Position numbers and translations under genes: made by a program. Positions 39,675 to 50,307 of a DNA stretch of 64,000 nt are shown piece by piece. The notes beneath the pieces were generated by a model, which was given only the letters and a program-made list of their open reading frames with translations, did no database searches and had not been told where the DNA came from. The DNA is from Halarcobacter sp. (GTDB lineage Bacteria; Campylobacterota; Campylobacteria; Campylobacterales; Arcobacteraceae). Position 1 is the stretch's first letter, and each line of letters starts with the position of its first letter. The stretch is taken from positions 2,400,001 to 2,464,000 of the forward strand of contig CP182352.1 in assembly GCA_048571215.1 (NCBI GenBank), given 5' to 3'.

Positions 39675-41738
39675 TTACTCTTTTTTGTTTTTGTTTTCTT
39701 CTTCATTAGATGAAGAATTATCTTCACTAACATCAGTTTTAGAAGAATCTTCAACATCAACTTTATCTGTTGTTGTATCCTCTTCAGTTAAAGCTTCACT
39801 ATGTAAGTCTTCATCTTCAAAAACTTCTCCACCATGTTCTTTAATAATTTCTCTTACTCTTTCACCACTTATAACTTCAATATCTAATAACTCTTTTGTC
39901 ATATGCTCTATTGCATCTTTATTATCTTTTAAAGATTGCACTACAGATTCATATCTATCATTTAGTGATTTTCTAATAAAATCATCAAGACTTTTTGCCA
40001 TATCATCAGAAAAATCTTTTTGTGTTTGTCCACCTAAGAATTGATTAGATCTTTTTTCTAAAACCATTAAACCTGCTACTTCACTCATACCATAAACAGA
40101 TGCCATTGATTTAATAATATCAGTTGCTCTTTCTAAGTCATTTCCAGCACCAGTACTAATCTCACCGATAAATACCTCTTCTGCTGCTCGTCCACCAAGT
40201 AGCGTATCAACTTCAGCTATAAGTTCATGCTTTTGCATTAAGTATTTATTCTCTTCTGGTGTATTTAAGGTATATCCAAGTGCAGCCAAACCTCTTGGTA
40301 CAATTGATACTTTATTTACTTTTTTAGCACCTTTAGTAATCTCTGCAATTAAAGCATGTCCACTTTCATGATAAGCAACAATTTTTCTCTCTTTTGGAGA
40401 TATTCTTCTTGATTTTTTCTCTAAACCAGCTATTTGTCTCTCAACTGCTTCCTTAAAGTCATCATAAGTAACCTCTTCTTTGTTAACTCTACCAGCAAGT
40501 AATGCAGCCTCATTAATAATATTTGCTAAATCAGCACCTGCAAGTCCTGCTGTCATTCTAGCAACTTCAACTAAATCTACATCTTTACCAAGTTTAACAC
40601 CTTTGATATGTACATTTAAAATCTCTTTTCTACCTTCAAAATCAGGTTTATCAACTAAAACTTGTCTATCAAATCTTCCAGGTCTTAATAGTGCTGGGTC
40701 TAATACTTCTGGTCTATTTGTAGCGGCAAGAACAATTACAGGAGCACTTTCTGTAGAGAAACCATCCATCTCAGCTAAAAGTTGATTTAGAGTTTGTTCC
40801 CTTTCATCATTTCCACCCATAGGTCCACCACTTGCTCTACTTTTACCAATAGCATCAATCTCATCAATAAAAATAATAGCAGGAGCAACTTTTTTTGCTT
40901 GTTCAAACAAGTCTCTAACTCTACTTGCTCCAACTCCAACAAACATCTCAATGAAAGCTGAACCAGAAACAGACAAGAACTCAACATCTGCTTCCCCTGC
41001 AACTGCTTTTGCTAGAAGAGTTTTACCAGTACCTGGAGGTCCCACAAGTAAAACACCTTTTGGAATTTGAGCTCCAAGTTTAATATATCTTTCAGGAGAT
41101 GAAAGGAAATCAACTACCTCTTGAACTTCCTCTTTAGCCTCTTTATTTCCAGCCATATCTTCAAATTTTACTTTTGGTTTTTCAGAATTAATCATCTTTT
41201 TAGAGCTTCCAATTCCAAGGATTCCCCCTGAACCTCCACCCATTGATTTACTCATTCTCTTAGCTAAGAACATCCAAATTGCAAAAAAGATAAAAATAGG
41301 TAAAACCCAACCAAAAAGAATATCTGCTAATATATTCTCTTCATTTATACCACCATAATTAATTCCATTTTTTTCTAAAGTTGGAACTAATGTTTCATCA
41401 GGGATAACTCTTCTTGCTGTATATGTGGTTATCTGACCATTTGTTGGTTTTGATACAGCTTTAATTTGTGTATTTCCAATACCTACATACTCAATTTTTC
41501 CAGAACTAATCAATTTTTTTAACTCAGAATAAGCAACAGTTTGTTTTTTTGATTGTCCTGCACTCCCCATTATACCTTGGGTTCCCATTGTAGAACTTGT
41601 TCCTTCTGGGAACACTGCTTTAAAAACAATAATTGTAACAATTGAGAAAATAACAAATACTAATAGTGGATTATTATTAAAAAAATTGTTGTTATTATCC
41701 CCACCGTTGTTGTTATTGCCTTTTTTTCCATTTTTCAT
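39675..41738 (-). CDS. ftsH: ATP-dependent zinc metalloprotease
   Basis: Two [27 protein letters not shown]. Confidence 0.97.
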   Translation of the reverse strand: MKNGKKGNNNNGGDNNNNFFNNNPLLVFVIFSIVTIIVFKAVFPEGTSSTMGTQGIMGSAGQSKKQTVAYSELKKLISSGKIEYVGIGNTQIKAVSKPTNGQITTYTARRVIPDETLVPTLEKNGINYGGINEENILADILFGWVLPIFIFFAIWMFLAKRMSKSMGGGSGGILGIGSSKKMINSEKPKVKFEDMAGNKEAKEEVQEVVDFLSSPERYIKLGAQIPKGVLLVGPPGTGKTLLAKAVAGEADVEFLSVSGSAFIEMFVGVGASRVRDLFEQAKKVAPAIIFIDEIDAIGKSRASGGPMGGNDEREQTLNQLLAEMDGFSTESAPVIVLAATNRPEVLDPALLRPGRFDRQVLVDKPDFEGRKEILNVHIKGVKLGKDVDLVEVARMTAGLAGADLANIINEAALLAGRVNKEEVTYDDFKEAVERQIAGLEKKSRRISPKERKIVAYHESGHALIAEITKGAKKVNKVSIVPRGLAALGYTLNTPEENKYLMQKHELIAEVDTLLGGRAAEEVFIGEISTGAGNDLERATDIIKSMASVYGMSEVAGLMVLEKRSNQFLGGQTQKDFSDDMAKSLDDFIRKSLNDRYESVVQSLKDNKDAIEHMTKELLDIEVISGERVREIIKEHGGEVFEDEDLHSEALTEEDTTTDKVDVEDSSKTDVSEDNSSSNEEENKNKKE

Positions 41739-41752
41739 TAAATAAAACTCCT

Positions 41753-42565
41753 TTATTTTTTAAAAACTACAGTTATCCATTCATTTTTATGGATTAACTC
41801 TACTTGTACTAAATCAGTAAATTTTTTCAAAACCTTATCTATATGTTTGTCTAATATTCCTGATATTATTAAAATACCCTTATCATTTAAGCATTTTTTT
41901 AAATCTTTAGCTATAAAAACTAGCACATCAGCTACAATATTTGCAATAACAACATCATACTTTTTTCTTGCGTTGTTTGCTGAACCTAACCAAGAGTTCT
42001 CATAAGTGATACTATTTAATTCAAAATTAGAGCTTGTATCTTTTATACAAACTTCATCGGTATCACAAATATCAACTTTTGAACCAAGTTTAGCAGCTGC
42101 AATTGCAAGTATTCCACTTCCAGTTCCAACATCTAAAACCTTGTCATCTTTTTTGGCATATTTGCTTATTGCCTCTAGGCAACTTGATGTTGTTTCATGA
42201 TGACCTGAGCCAAATGATAATGCTGGGTCTATAATTATATCAATTTTATCTTTACTTTTATTATCCCATGAAGGTCTAATAAAAAACTTTCCAACCTCTA
42301 CTGATTTTACAGAGTTTTGATACTGCTTAATCCAATCTATATTCTCTTTTTTTGTTAAAATAGTTTCACACTCTACATCTAAGGCCTTAGCAAACTCTTT
42401 TATACCAAACTCTACATCACTTAAATCATCTTCACTTCTTGCTATCAAACTATCATTGTTTTCCTCAATTGCACCATTTGTCAAAGTTACTAACAAATCT
42501 GCAAAAGCTTCAAAATGTTTTTTGGGTTTGATAATTAATTCATAATAGTATTCAGACAAAAACAT
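41753..42565 (-). CDS. prmA: Ribosomal protein L11 methyltransferase
   Basis: DPALSFGSGHHETT, LDVGTGSG, ANI, SGI; TTG 42559 is an alternative start. Confidence 0.93.
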   Translation of the reverse strand: MFLSEYYYELIIKPKKHFEAFADLLVTLTNGAIEENNDSLIARSEDDLSDVEFGIKEFAKALDVECETILTKKENIDWIKQYQNSVKSVEVGKFFIRPSWDNKSKDKIDIIIDPALSFGSGHHETTSSCLEAISKYAKKDDKVLDVGTGSGILAIAAAKLGSKVDICDTDEVCIKDTSSNFELNSITYENSWLGSANNARKKYDVVIANIVADVLVFIAKDLKKCLNDKGILIISGILDKHIDKVLKKFTDLVQVELIHKNEWITVVFKK

Positions 42566-42655
42566 AACCTTTTTTATTTTTGGTTTGTATAAAATCTAAT
42601 TAAAATTTATTCAAACCATATTTACTTAAAAGATTATATTTTAGCTAAAATGTTA

Positions 42656-43588
42656 TTAAAAAAAGTTTTCTATCATATCTCTCATAACTTTTTCATCAGT
42701 TATGCGATTTATAATATCTCTAAACTCGGAAGCTCCTGTATAACCTTTCGAATAAGAGTGTAGAAGTTTTCTAAACATAACAGCTCCATGTATTCCATGA
42801 AACTTTAATACCTCATCATAGTGTTCTAAGATAATCTCTTTTTTTAACTGTTCACTTATATCTTCAACCCCATGTTTTAATTGATAAAATATCCAAGGTT
42901 TTCCAATTGCAGCACGACCAATCATTACACCATCTGCTTTTGTATATTCTAATACCTCTTTTGCTTTAGCATAATCTTTTATATCACCATTTGCAATAAC
43001 AGGTATCGAAACAGCTTCTTTCATCATTTTTATAGCATCATAATCTACAGGTGCTTTATATTTTCCTGCTCTTGTTCGACCATGAACAGAGATAAAATCT
43101 ACTCCACAAGCCTCAACAACTTTTGCTATCTCAACAGGTATCTTTTCATCTACGCCAATTCTAACTTTTGCAGTAGTATATTGTTTTTTATTATACTTTT
43201 TAACGGTACTTAATATCTCTTCAAGTTTTTTTAAATCCCCTAAAAGATTAGAGCCTGAACCATGGTTGAAAACTTTTGGCGCAGGGCAACCACAATTTAA
43301 ATCGATACCATCAATCCCCTCGACATCATTTAGTAGTTGAACTGCATCTCTTACTAGTTCTGGTTTATTACCTGCTATTTGTACTATATAAGGGTCTTCA
43401 CTTGGAGACTTTTCTATCATTTTTAATGTTTTTTGTGATTTATAAACTAAGGCATTTGAAGATATCATCTCTGATATGGTTAAGTCTGCTCCAAACTTTT
43501 TAACAACAGCTCTAAATGGTAAATCTGTATATCCTGCAAGTGGAGCCAACACCATAAGGGGTTGGCTAAAATCAATTTTTTTTATCAT
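42656..43588 (-). CDS. dusB: tRNA-dihydrouridine synthase (DusB-like)
   Basis: APLAG, DLNCGCP, HGRT, ANGDI, MIGRA. Confidence 0.9.
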   Translation of the reverse strand: MIKKIDFSQPLMVLAPLAGYTDLPFRAVVKKFGADLTISEMISSNALVYKSQKTLKMIEKSPSEDPYIVQIAGNKPELVRDAVQLLNDVEGIDGIDLNCGCPAPKVFNHGSGSNLLGDLKKLEEILSTVKKYNKKQYTTAKVRIGVDEKIPVEIAKVVEACGVDFISVHGRTRAGKYKAPVDYDAIKMMKEAVSIPVIANGDIKDYAKAKEVLEYTKADGVMIGRAAIGKPWIFYQLKHGVEDISEQLKKEIILEHYDEVLKFHGIHGAVMFRKLLHSYSKGYTGASEFRDIINRITDEKVMRDMIENFF

Positions 43589-43591
43589 ATT

Positions 43592-44605
43592 TTAAACTAT
43601 TACTATATCATCTAAACTGTAATGTTTTCCTGCATCTTTTAAGTCTAATAAAGCTCTAAATACAATATGCTCTTCATCACCATAACCACTTAATAAATCT
43701 TTTAATTTTTCTATCATTTCAAGTTCTAATAAAACATAAAAATATGCATCCATTGCAACTTCTGTATCATTTGATAAAATTTCAAAAAGCTCTAATAATT
43801 TATCAGGACTTAAAACCTCTTTATAAAGTTTAGCTAAAGTTATATACTCCTCTTTAGAGTAATTAAGAGATTTAGTGATTTTCAAAATCTCCTCTTTTGA
43901 TAATCCAAACTCAATATTATCTATATCTTTTAAAAACAGTTTTAATGCCATCTCTTTATCTAAAGTAACACCAGAATAAATTTTTTTAATTGTTGTCATA
44001 GATTTATTTTCTAATACATTAAAAAATGCTGCTCTTACTACCTCAGGTGAGTGTTGGTCAACTCTTTTTAAAATCTCAACAGCATAATCAACTTGCTCAT
44101 TTACTTTGTTTATTAAGTTTTGCTGTGCAAGAGCTGAATCTGCTGGCAATTTCAATGATTTATCAACAACATGTTTACCAGCTTTGATATCTTTTACTTT
44201 AGAAACAGTATCATTTAAGGATTCACTCTTTGATGTAAAAGTATTATCTGTAACATCTAATTTAAATTGTTTTAATATAGATGATAAGTTTTTATAACTT
44301 GAAGTTTTAAATTTTCTATTATCACTTTTTTCTAAAAGAAGTGATTTTATAACCTCAATAATACTCTCTTCATCCTTTTTATAACCATTTAATTTACAAT
44401 AGTTTAAAGTACCATAAAATATTAGATGCAGAACACTTAATACAAATAAAATAATTGCTGGCAACAGCACCCATATTGATATTAATAAAGTGATTGAAAA
44501 ATCAAAAACTTTCAATTCATAATTTGCTGGTTCAATACTAAAGACAACTCCCCAAACAACAATTAGTAAGAGTAAAGAAGCCCCTATATATGTTTTTAGT
44601 CCCAC
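43592..44605 (-). CDS. Hypothetical membrane-anchored helical protein
   Basis: 337-aa ORF, GTG start behind AAGGA, two N-terminal TM segments. Confidence 0.75.
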   Translation of the reverse strand: MGLKTYIGASLLLLIVVWGVVFSIEPANYELKVFDFSITLLISIWVLLPAIILFVLSVLHLIFYGTLNYCKLNGYKKDEESIIEVIKSLLLEKSDNRKFKTSSYKNLSSILKQFKLDVTDNTFTSKSESLNDTVSKVKDIKAGKHVVDKSLKLPADSALAQQNLINKVNEQVDYAVEILKRVDQHSPEVVRAAFFNVLENKSMTTIKKIYSGVTLDKEMALKLFLKDIDNIEFGLSKEEILKITKSLNYSKEEYITLAKLYKEVLSPDKLLELFEILSNDTEVAMDAYFYVLLELEMIEKLKDLLSGYGDEEHIVFRALLDLKDAGKHYSLDDIVIV

Positions 44606-44617
44606 ATCTAATCCTTT

Positions 44618-44980
44618 TTATTTTTTTACTGGTTCAACCTCATAAATCTCTCTACAAGGTGTACAAAATTTTGCAAATGGTTTTGCTCTAAGTCTTCCTA
44701 TTGCTATAGACTCATCACACATTTCACAAATGCCATACGTACCTTTTTCGATTCTTTTTAGTGCCTCTTCAATCTCATTTAATTCTTTAACTTGTTGATT
44801 TGCTATGATTCCCTCTTTGAAACTATCGCTTGATACTTCTGCATAATCATATTCATCATTGCATTCTGAATTCTTTAAAGAATCGATACTATCCCTACTA
44901 CCCTGAATATTTTTGTTAATTGAGTCTCTTCTATCTAATAAGATTTGTTTTAACTCATCAATTTGTTTCGTATTAGCCAC
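44618..44980 (-). CDS. dksA: RNA polymerase-binding protein DksA
   Basis: DEYDYA coiled-coil tip; YGICEMC...RL...CTPC zinc finger. Confidence 0.9.
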   Translation of the reverse strand: MANTKQIDELKQILLDRRDSINKNIQGSRDSIDSLKNSECNDEYDYAEVSSDSFKEGIIANQQVKELNEIEEALKRIEKGTYGICEMCDESIAIGRLRAKPFAKFCTPCREIYEVEPVKK

Positions 44981-45030
44981 ATTATACCTTTTCTAAAAAA
45001 ATTTTGGTATTATACTTAAAATCATATAAA

Positions 45031-45489
45031 TTATTTATGATACGGATGATTGTTCTTTATAGCCAATCCTCTAAACACTTGTTCAAGTAAAACTACAGTT
45101 ACAACTTTATGTGCCATTGTCAAGGAGCTAAGGCTAATAATTTTGTCACATTTATCTAAAAAATCTTTATCAAAACCATAGGCACCACCTATAAAAAAAT
45201 TTACTTCAGATTGATTTGTAATAAGCTTTGAAAATTCAAAACTATCAACTTTTTTACCTAAAACATCCAATGCTATACAAAAACCACTTAAATAATTCTC
45301 ATAAGCTTTTGTATAAGATTGCCTTGCTTCTTTTTCACCAATTGTTTGAGCTTTTGCTATAGTTTTGTTAAATATAGAGTGAATTTCAACCTTTGCATAC
45401 TTTGAACACATTTTAATAAAATCATTGGTAATCTTATCAAACTCATCATTTGTTGGTTTTACTATAGCATAAATATTAATTTTACTCAT
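45031..45489 (-). CDS. rlmH: 23S rRNA pseudouridine1915 N3-methyltransferase
   Basis: FFIGGAYG, SLSSLT, LLEQVFR, HPYHK. Confidence 0.93.
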   Translation of the reverse strand: MSKINIYAIVKPTNDEFDKITNDFIKMCSKYAKVEIHSIFNKTIAKAQTIGEKEARQSYTKAYENYLSGFCIALDVLGKKVDSFEFSKLITNQSEVNFFIGGAYGFDKDFLDKCDKIISLSSLTMAHKVVTVVLLEQVFRGLAIKNNHPYHK

Positions 45490-46099
45490 ATAGTGCAGAC
45501 CCTACAACATTAAAAGTAACATTTTCTATTTTTTCATCAATAAGTACTCCACCTATCGCACAAACAGGATGTTTTGATATTTTTGCTAAATATGGTAATT
45601 TATCTGCTAAAAGTGAATCCACAGCTTTTGTATTTGTAGTTCTATATGCTCCTAATCCAATCATATCAATATCATAGTTATTAGCATGTAAAATCTCTGT
45701 TTCATTGTGAGTTGATAAGCCAAAAAGTTTATTAGGGTATTTTTTTCTTAAAAGCTTAAACACTAACTCTTCATTTTTCACTTTTAACTTTTCATTTTTC
45801 ATCTCTTCTAAGTCTTCTTGTCCTAAATGTAAACCATCAGCATATTTAAGTAACTCCAACTTGTCATTTATAATAATTGGAACATCCAAATGTTTTTTTA
45901 AATAAGTTAAATTTTCTATTTGGGATTCCAAGGAGTTTATTTTATCCCTATATTGTACAAGTTTTACATCTAAATTTTTAACAATTTTAACAAAATCAAT
46001 TAAATAGATATCTTTTTTAAGTAAAGTGCCATAATCACAAAGTGCATATAGGCTATTTGCTTTAGGTTTAAACCCTAAAGCTATTTCTAATCTAGTCAT
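45482..46099 (-). CDS. thiE: Thiamine phosphate synthase-like protein
   Basis: QYRDK, IIND, HLGQED, GLSTH, AIGG. Confidence 0.85.
   Translation of the reverse strand: MTRLEIALGFKPKANSLYALCDYGTLLKKDIYLIDFVKIVKNLDVKLVQYRDKINSLESQIENLTYLKKHLDVPIIINDKLELLKYADGLHLGQEDLEEMKNEKLKVKNEELVFKLLRKKYPNKLFGLSTHNETEILHANNYDIDMIGLGAYRTTNTKAVDSLLADKLPYLAKISKHPVCAIGGVLIDEKIENVTFNVVGSALYE
45765..45806 (-). repeat. Heptanucleotide tandem repeat inside thiE
   Basis: AGAGATG AAAAATG AAAAGTT AAAAGTG AAAAATG AAGAGTT. Confidence 0.65.
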
Positions 46100-46966
46100 T
46101 TAACTAGCGTTACTATCTTTTAAAAACATTATTAATAAATCAGATAAAGTCTTCTTCATATCATTTCTATTAACAACCATATCAATTGAGCCATTTTCCA
46201 ATAAAAACTCTGCTCTTTGGAAACCTTCTGGTAAATCTGCACCAATAGTTTGTTTGATAACTCTTTGACCCGCAAATCCAACTAAAGCACCAGGCTCAGC
46301 CATAATTATATCTCCTAAAAATGCGAATGAAGCAGATACTCCACCCATAGTAGGATCTGTTAAAACAGAGATATAAGGTAATTTTGCTTTATCTAGTTTT
46401 TTAAGAGCCGCAGAGGTTTTAGCCATCTGCATTAAAGAAAAAGTTGATTCTTGCATTCTTGCACCACCTGAAGCAGACACTATAATTAACCCTTGGTGTT
46501 TTTCCATTGCACGATTTACAGCTCTTACAATCTTTTCACCCTCAACAGAACCTAAACTTCCACCCATAAAGGCAAAATCAAATACAACAATTTGTGCTGG
46601 CACACCATTTATTTTGCATTCTCCACTAATAACAGCAGAATTTCTTCCTGTTTTTTTAGTAGCTTCATCAACTCTTTTTTTATAAGATTTCTTATCAACA
46701 AATTTTAAAGGATCAACAGGTTTTATATCTGCATCATACTCAACAAATGAGTCCCTATCAGTTATAATCTCTAACCTTCTTTTAGCTCCAATTCTCATAT
46801 GAAAATTACATTTAGGGCAAATATTATTTTGATTTTCAACCTCTTTAAAAAACATCAAAGATGCACACTCTGGACATTTCACCCAATGGGTTGGAGCATC
46901 TTGTTTACTTGGTTGTTCTTTATTACTATCAAATGTAATTTTACTAAATAGATTTTTTAAATCCAT
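46100..46966 (-). CDS. accD: Acetyl-CoA carboxylase carboxyltransferase beta
   Basis: CPEC...CPKC zinc finger, [17 protein letters not shown]; start ATG 46966 behind AGGAG. Confidence 0.96.
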   Translation of the reverse strand: MDLKNLFSKITFDSNKEQPSKQDAPTHWVKCPECASLMFFKEVENQNNICPKCNFHMRIGAKRRLEIITDRDSFVEYDADIKPVDPLKFVDKKSYKKRVDEATKKTGRNSAVISGECKINGVPAQIVVFDFAFMGGSLGSVEGEKIVRAVNRAMEKHQGLIIVSASGGARMQESTFSLMQMAKTSAALKKLDKAKLPYISVLTDPTMGGVSASFAFLGDIIMAEPGALVGFAGQRVIKQTIGADLPEGFQRAEFLLENGSIDMVVNRNDMKKTLSDLLIMFLKDSNAS

Positions 46967-46980
46967 CGATTTCTCCTTAA

Positions 46981-47144
46981 AAATGGTTCCCATTTTTAAG
47001 GAACCGTTTATTTTTTTCTACTTTTTAACACAATTTATAAAAAATTGTTAAAAGTAGCAAAACTCTAAAGGGCTTTAAGAATAAAGCCTTATTATATTAA
47101 ATGGTTCCCATTTTTAAGGAACCATTCATTTTTTCTACTTTTTA
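46981..47144. repeat. Two ~46-bp direct repeats, each with a GGTTCC/GGAACC hairpin
   Basis: 46981-47027 and 47099-47144 share AAATGGTTCCCATTTTTAAGGAACC...TTTTTTCTACTTTTTA. Confidence 0.85.
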
Positions 47145-48350
47145 TAAATTTTTTAATTTCTCAACTTCATCAAGTTTTTCCCATGGGTAATCACTTTGTC
47201 CCACTTGACCTCTTGATGCAACATCTGCATAAAGAAAGGTTTCACTTGATGGATTATCTAATCCAAACTTATCTGTAATCCATCTTGGTGTTAAGGCATA
47301 CTCTTTTGTAATAAATGCTGATAACTCATCATCATTAAACTTTGTATATGTACCTAAGGTATCAACATTAACTGAAGTTGGTTTAGCAACACCAATTGCA
47401 TATGAGATTTGTACAATAGCTTTTTTTGCAAGTCCAGCGGCAACAATGTTTTTTGCAATCCATCTTGCTGCATATAAACCTGATCTATCAACTTTTGTAT
47501 AATCTTTAGATGATTGAGCTCCACCACCAATAGGTGAATATCCACCAAATGAATCAACAATTAATTTTCTTCCTGTTAATCCACTATCATGTAAACTTGA
47601 ATGACTTACATATCTTCCAGTTGGATTGATATGGATAATTGTTTCATCTTTTTTATACATTTCTGTTGGTAAGCCTGTATCATCAATAAGTCCTTGAATC
47701 AACTCTCTTACCTCTTCAATTGGCATACCTTCAACAGAAGGTGCACTTACAACTATTGTATGGATTTTTTGAGGTTTACAATTTTCAAAATTCTCTTTTG
47801 TACCATAATCCATAGTAACTTGAGTTTTAATATCAACTCCTAGTTTATGATTATGTTTTAAGGCATAATTATACACCTTATCACATAACATTCTAGCATA
47901 AGTAATAGCAGCAGGCATTAAATCAGCAGTCTCATTTGAAGCAAAACCAAACATAATACCTTGATCCCCTGCACCAATTTCACCAGTTGTTTGATCAACT
48001 CCTTGAGAGATATCAGGAGATTGTTGATTTAATAAAACTTGCACTTTTACATCATCAGGGTGCAAGCACTGCTCTTTTGTAAAAGAGGATTTTCCATCAT
48101 AACCAATTTTTGCCAAGGCGTCTTTTACAATTTGTTCATAATCTTCTTGACTTAATTGACATAGAGATTTAACCTCTCCACCAATAACAACATTTTTTCC
48201 AGCTACAAAAACCTCAGAAGCAACTCTACTATTTTTATCTTCTATAATTAATCTATCTACGATAGAATCTGCAATAATATCTGCACATTTATCTGGATGC
48301 CCTGGGCTTACAACTTCACTTGTAAATAAGTAATTTGTTTTGTTTTCCAT
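47142..48350 (-). CDS. metK: S-adenosylmethionine synthetase
   Basis: FTSE..GHPDK, GAGDQG, GLTGRK, KVDRS; start at ATG 48350 behind AGGA. Confidence 0.96.
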   Translation of the reverse strand: MENKTNYLFTSEVVSPGHPDKCADIIADSIVDRLIIEDKNSRVASEVFVAGKNVVIGGEVKSLCQLSQEDYEQIVKDALAKIGYDGKSSFTKEQCLHPDDVKVQVLLNQQSPDISQGVDQTTGEIGAGDQGIMFGFASNETADLMPAAITYARMLCDKVYNYALKHNHKLGVDIKTQVTMDYGTKENFENCKPQKIHTIVVSAPSVEGMPIEEVRELIQGLIDDTGLPTEMYKKDETIIHINPTGRYVSHSSLHDSGLTGRKLIVDSFGGYSPIGGGAQSSKDYTKVDRSGLYAARWIAKNIVAAGLAKKAIVQISYAIGVAKPTSVNVDTLGTYTKFNDDELSAFITKEYALTPRWITDKFGLDNPSSETFLYADVASRGQVGQSDYPWEKLDEVEKLKNL

Positions 48351-48389
48351 TTTTGTTTTCCTATTTTGTTTTCCATTTTTGTTTTCCAT
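48338..48389 (-). repeat. 4 x 13-bp tandem repeat over metK start
   Basis: ATGGAAAACAAAA x2, TAGGAAAACAAAA, ATGGAAAACAAAA. Confidence 0.9.
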
Positions 48390-48445
48390 CAAAATCATAC
48401 TTATCTTTTATCTTAAACTACACGAAAAAAATAAAAAATTAATAA

Positions 48446-50248
48446 TTATTCAACAGTTACAGACTTCGCCAAGTTTCTTGGCATGTCAACATCATTCCCT
48501 AATCGTATAGAAATCTCCATTGAAAAGACTTGCAATACAACTAACATTTCAAAAAACTCTAACATATAATGGTCAGTTTTTTGAAGTTTAATAAAATCAT
48601 CTGCTAAATCAAAGTTACATGCAGAAATAGCGCAAATAGTACTATCCCTTGCACTTAACTCTTCAACATTTGATTTTATTTTATCATATAATAAATTTTG
48701 TGGCATTAAAGCTATCGTGAAAAGTTCAGGATCAGCCAATGCAATTGGTCCGTGTTTCATTTCACCTGCAGGATAACCCTCTGCATGCAAATATGAAATT
48801 TCTTTTAATTTTAAGGCTCCTTCTAAAGCCAATGGGAAAAAGACATCACGTCCTATAAAGAAAAAACCATGTCCATGAAGATATCTTTTTGATAATCTTC
48901 TACATTTTTCATGTATTTTATCACATACAATTAAAGATTTTGGAACCTCTCTTAAAGCTAAAATCTCTTTATTTAATTCATCTTTAGAAATAGAAGTTCT
49001 AATAGTGCTAATATATAAAGCCAACATCCATAACACAACTGTTTGTGTTGAAAAAGCTTTTGTTGAAGCAACACCTTTTTCTATACCTGCTCTTGTAAGT
49101 ATAGTATAATCAGCACATCTTGTCATAGATGAATTATCCACATTACAAACAACCAAAGATTTTAATCCAGCTTTTTTTGCCATTTTTAAAGCTTCTAAAG
49201 TATCTGCTGTTTCACCACTTTGTGAGATTACAATAAAAAGAGTATCTTTTGTAAGTAAGGGTTGTTTATATCTAAATTCACTTGCAATTTCCACACTACA
49301 CTTAACTTTTGCTAATCTTTCAAAAAGATATGAAGAGGTTAATCCTGCATGATATGAGGTACCACAAGCACAAATTTTAATCTCATTTATCCCTTCAAAT
49401 AATGAAGAATCAATCTCATCAAAATTTATAGATTCATCTTTCAATCTACCAAGCATACAATCACTTACTACATCACTTTGCTCATAAATCTCTTTTTCCA
49501 TAAAAAATCTAAAACCATCTTTTTGAGCAAACTGTTTTGATGTGGGAAGAGTTGACCAAGAATAATCATCACCAAAAAATTCAATCCCATCACAACTAGC
49601 TATTCCACCCACTCCATCTTCTAAATATACAACTTCGTTTGATAAACCAATTAATGGTGCATCTGAAGAAGCAAATAATACTTCACCTTCATTTTTCCCA
49701 CGAGCAATAATTAAAGGACTTCCATGTTTAAAGAAAAATATTTTTGAAGGATCAGCTTTTGATATAAGTAAAATAGAAAAAGCTCCCTCTAATCTTGAAA
49801 TAGTATTCTCAAAAGCTTTTTTTGTATCATTTAAACTATTATTGTAATTTTCAAAAAGATGTACTATAACCTCGGTATCAGTTTGAGAAACAAAGTTATG
49901 CCCCTTTGAACTAAGTTCCTCTTTAAGTTCTTTATAGTTTTCAATTATTCCATTATGTACTACATAAGAGTACTCACCTAAGTGGGGATGAGCATTTAAT
50001 TCTGTAGGTTTTCCATGGGTTGCCCATCTAGTATGACCAATTCCCACAGGAGAATCTTCAACAGTTGTCGCATTTACTTTAGCTTCAAGGTTTGACAACT
50101 TTCCCAAAGCTTTAAAAACATCAATTTTTTCGTTGTTTAATAAAGCGATTCCAGCAGAATCGTATCCACGATATTCTAACTCTTTTAAGCCTTCTAATAA
50201 AAATTTAGTTGTATTCTCTTTTCCAATGTAACCAACAATTCCACACAT
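48446..50248 (-). CDS. glmS: Glutamine-fructose-6-phosphate transaminase
   Basis: MCGIVG, EYRGYDSAG, GHTRWAT, SQSGET, PRNLAKSVTVE. Confidence 0.97.
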   Translation of the reverse strand: MCGIVGYIGKENTTKFLLEGLKELEYRGYDSAGIALLNNEKIDVFKALGKLSNLEAKVNATTVEDSPVGIGHTRWATHGKPTELNAHPHLGEYSYVVHNGIIENYKELKEELSSKGHNFVSQTDTEVIVHLFENYNNSLNDTKKAFENTISRLEGAFSILLISKADPSKIFFFKHGSPLIIARGKNEGEVLFASSDAPLIGLSNEVVYLEDGVGGIASCDGIEFFGDDYSWSTLPTSKQFAQKDGFRFFMEKEIYEQSDVVSDCMLGRLKDESINFDEIDSSLFEGINEIKICACGTSYHAGLTSSYLFERLAKVKCSVEIASEFRYKQPLLTKDTLFIVISQSGETADTLEALKMAKKAGLKSLVVCNVDNSSMTRCADYTILTRAGIEKGVASTKAFSTQTVVLWMLALYISTIRTSISKDELNKEILALREVPKSLIVCDKIHEKCRRLSKRYLHGHGFFFIGRDVFFPLALEGALKLKEISYLHAEGYPAGEMKHGPIALADPELFTIALMPQNLLYDKIKSNVEELSARDSTICAISACNFDLADDFIKLQKTDHYMLEFFEMLVVLQVFSMEISIRLGNDVDMPRNLAKSVTVE

Positions 50249-50307
50249 TATTTAAAAACCTTTAGTAAAATTAGGATATATTATCAAAAAGGTACTAAAT
50301 TATTACT

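Noticed and set aside
39640..41002. Antisense and alternate-frame ORFs over ftsH (and similar ones over ackA, rhlE, prs, lepA, leuA, groEL)
   Set aside because: Shadow ORFs of conserved genes with no SD or family motifs
48390..48445. SAM riboswitch upstream of metK or glmS ribozyme upstream of glmS
   Set aside because: Intergenic spaces are short and AT-rich, with no conserved aptamer elements
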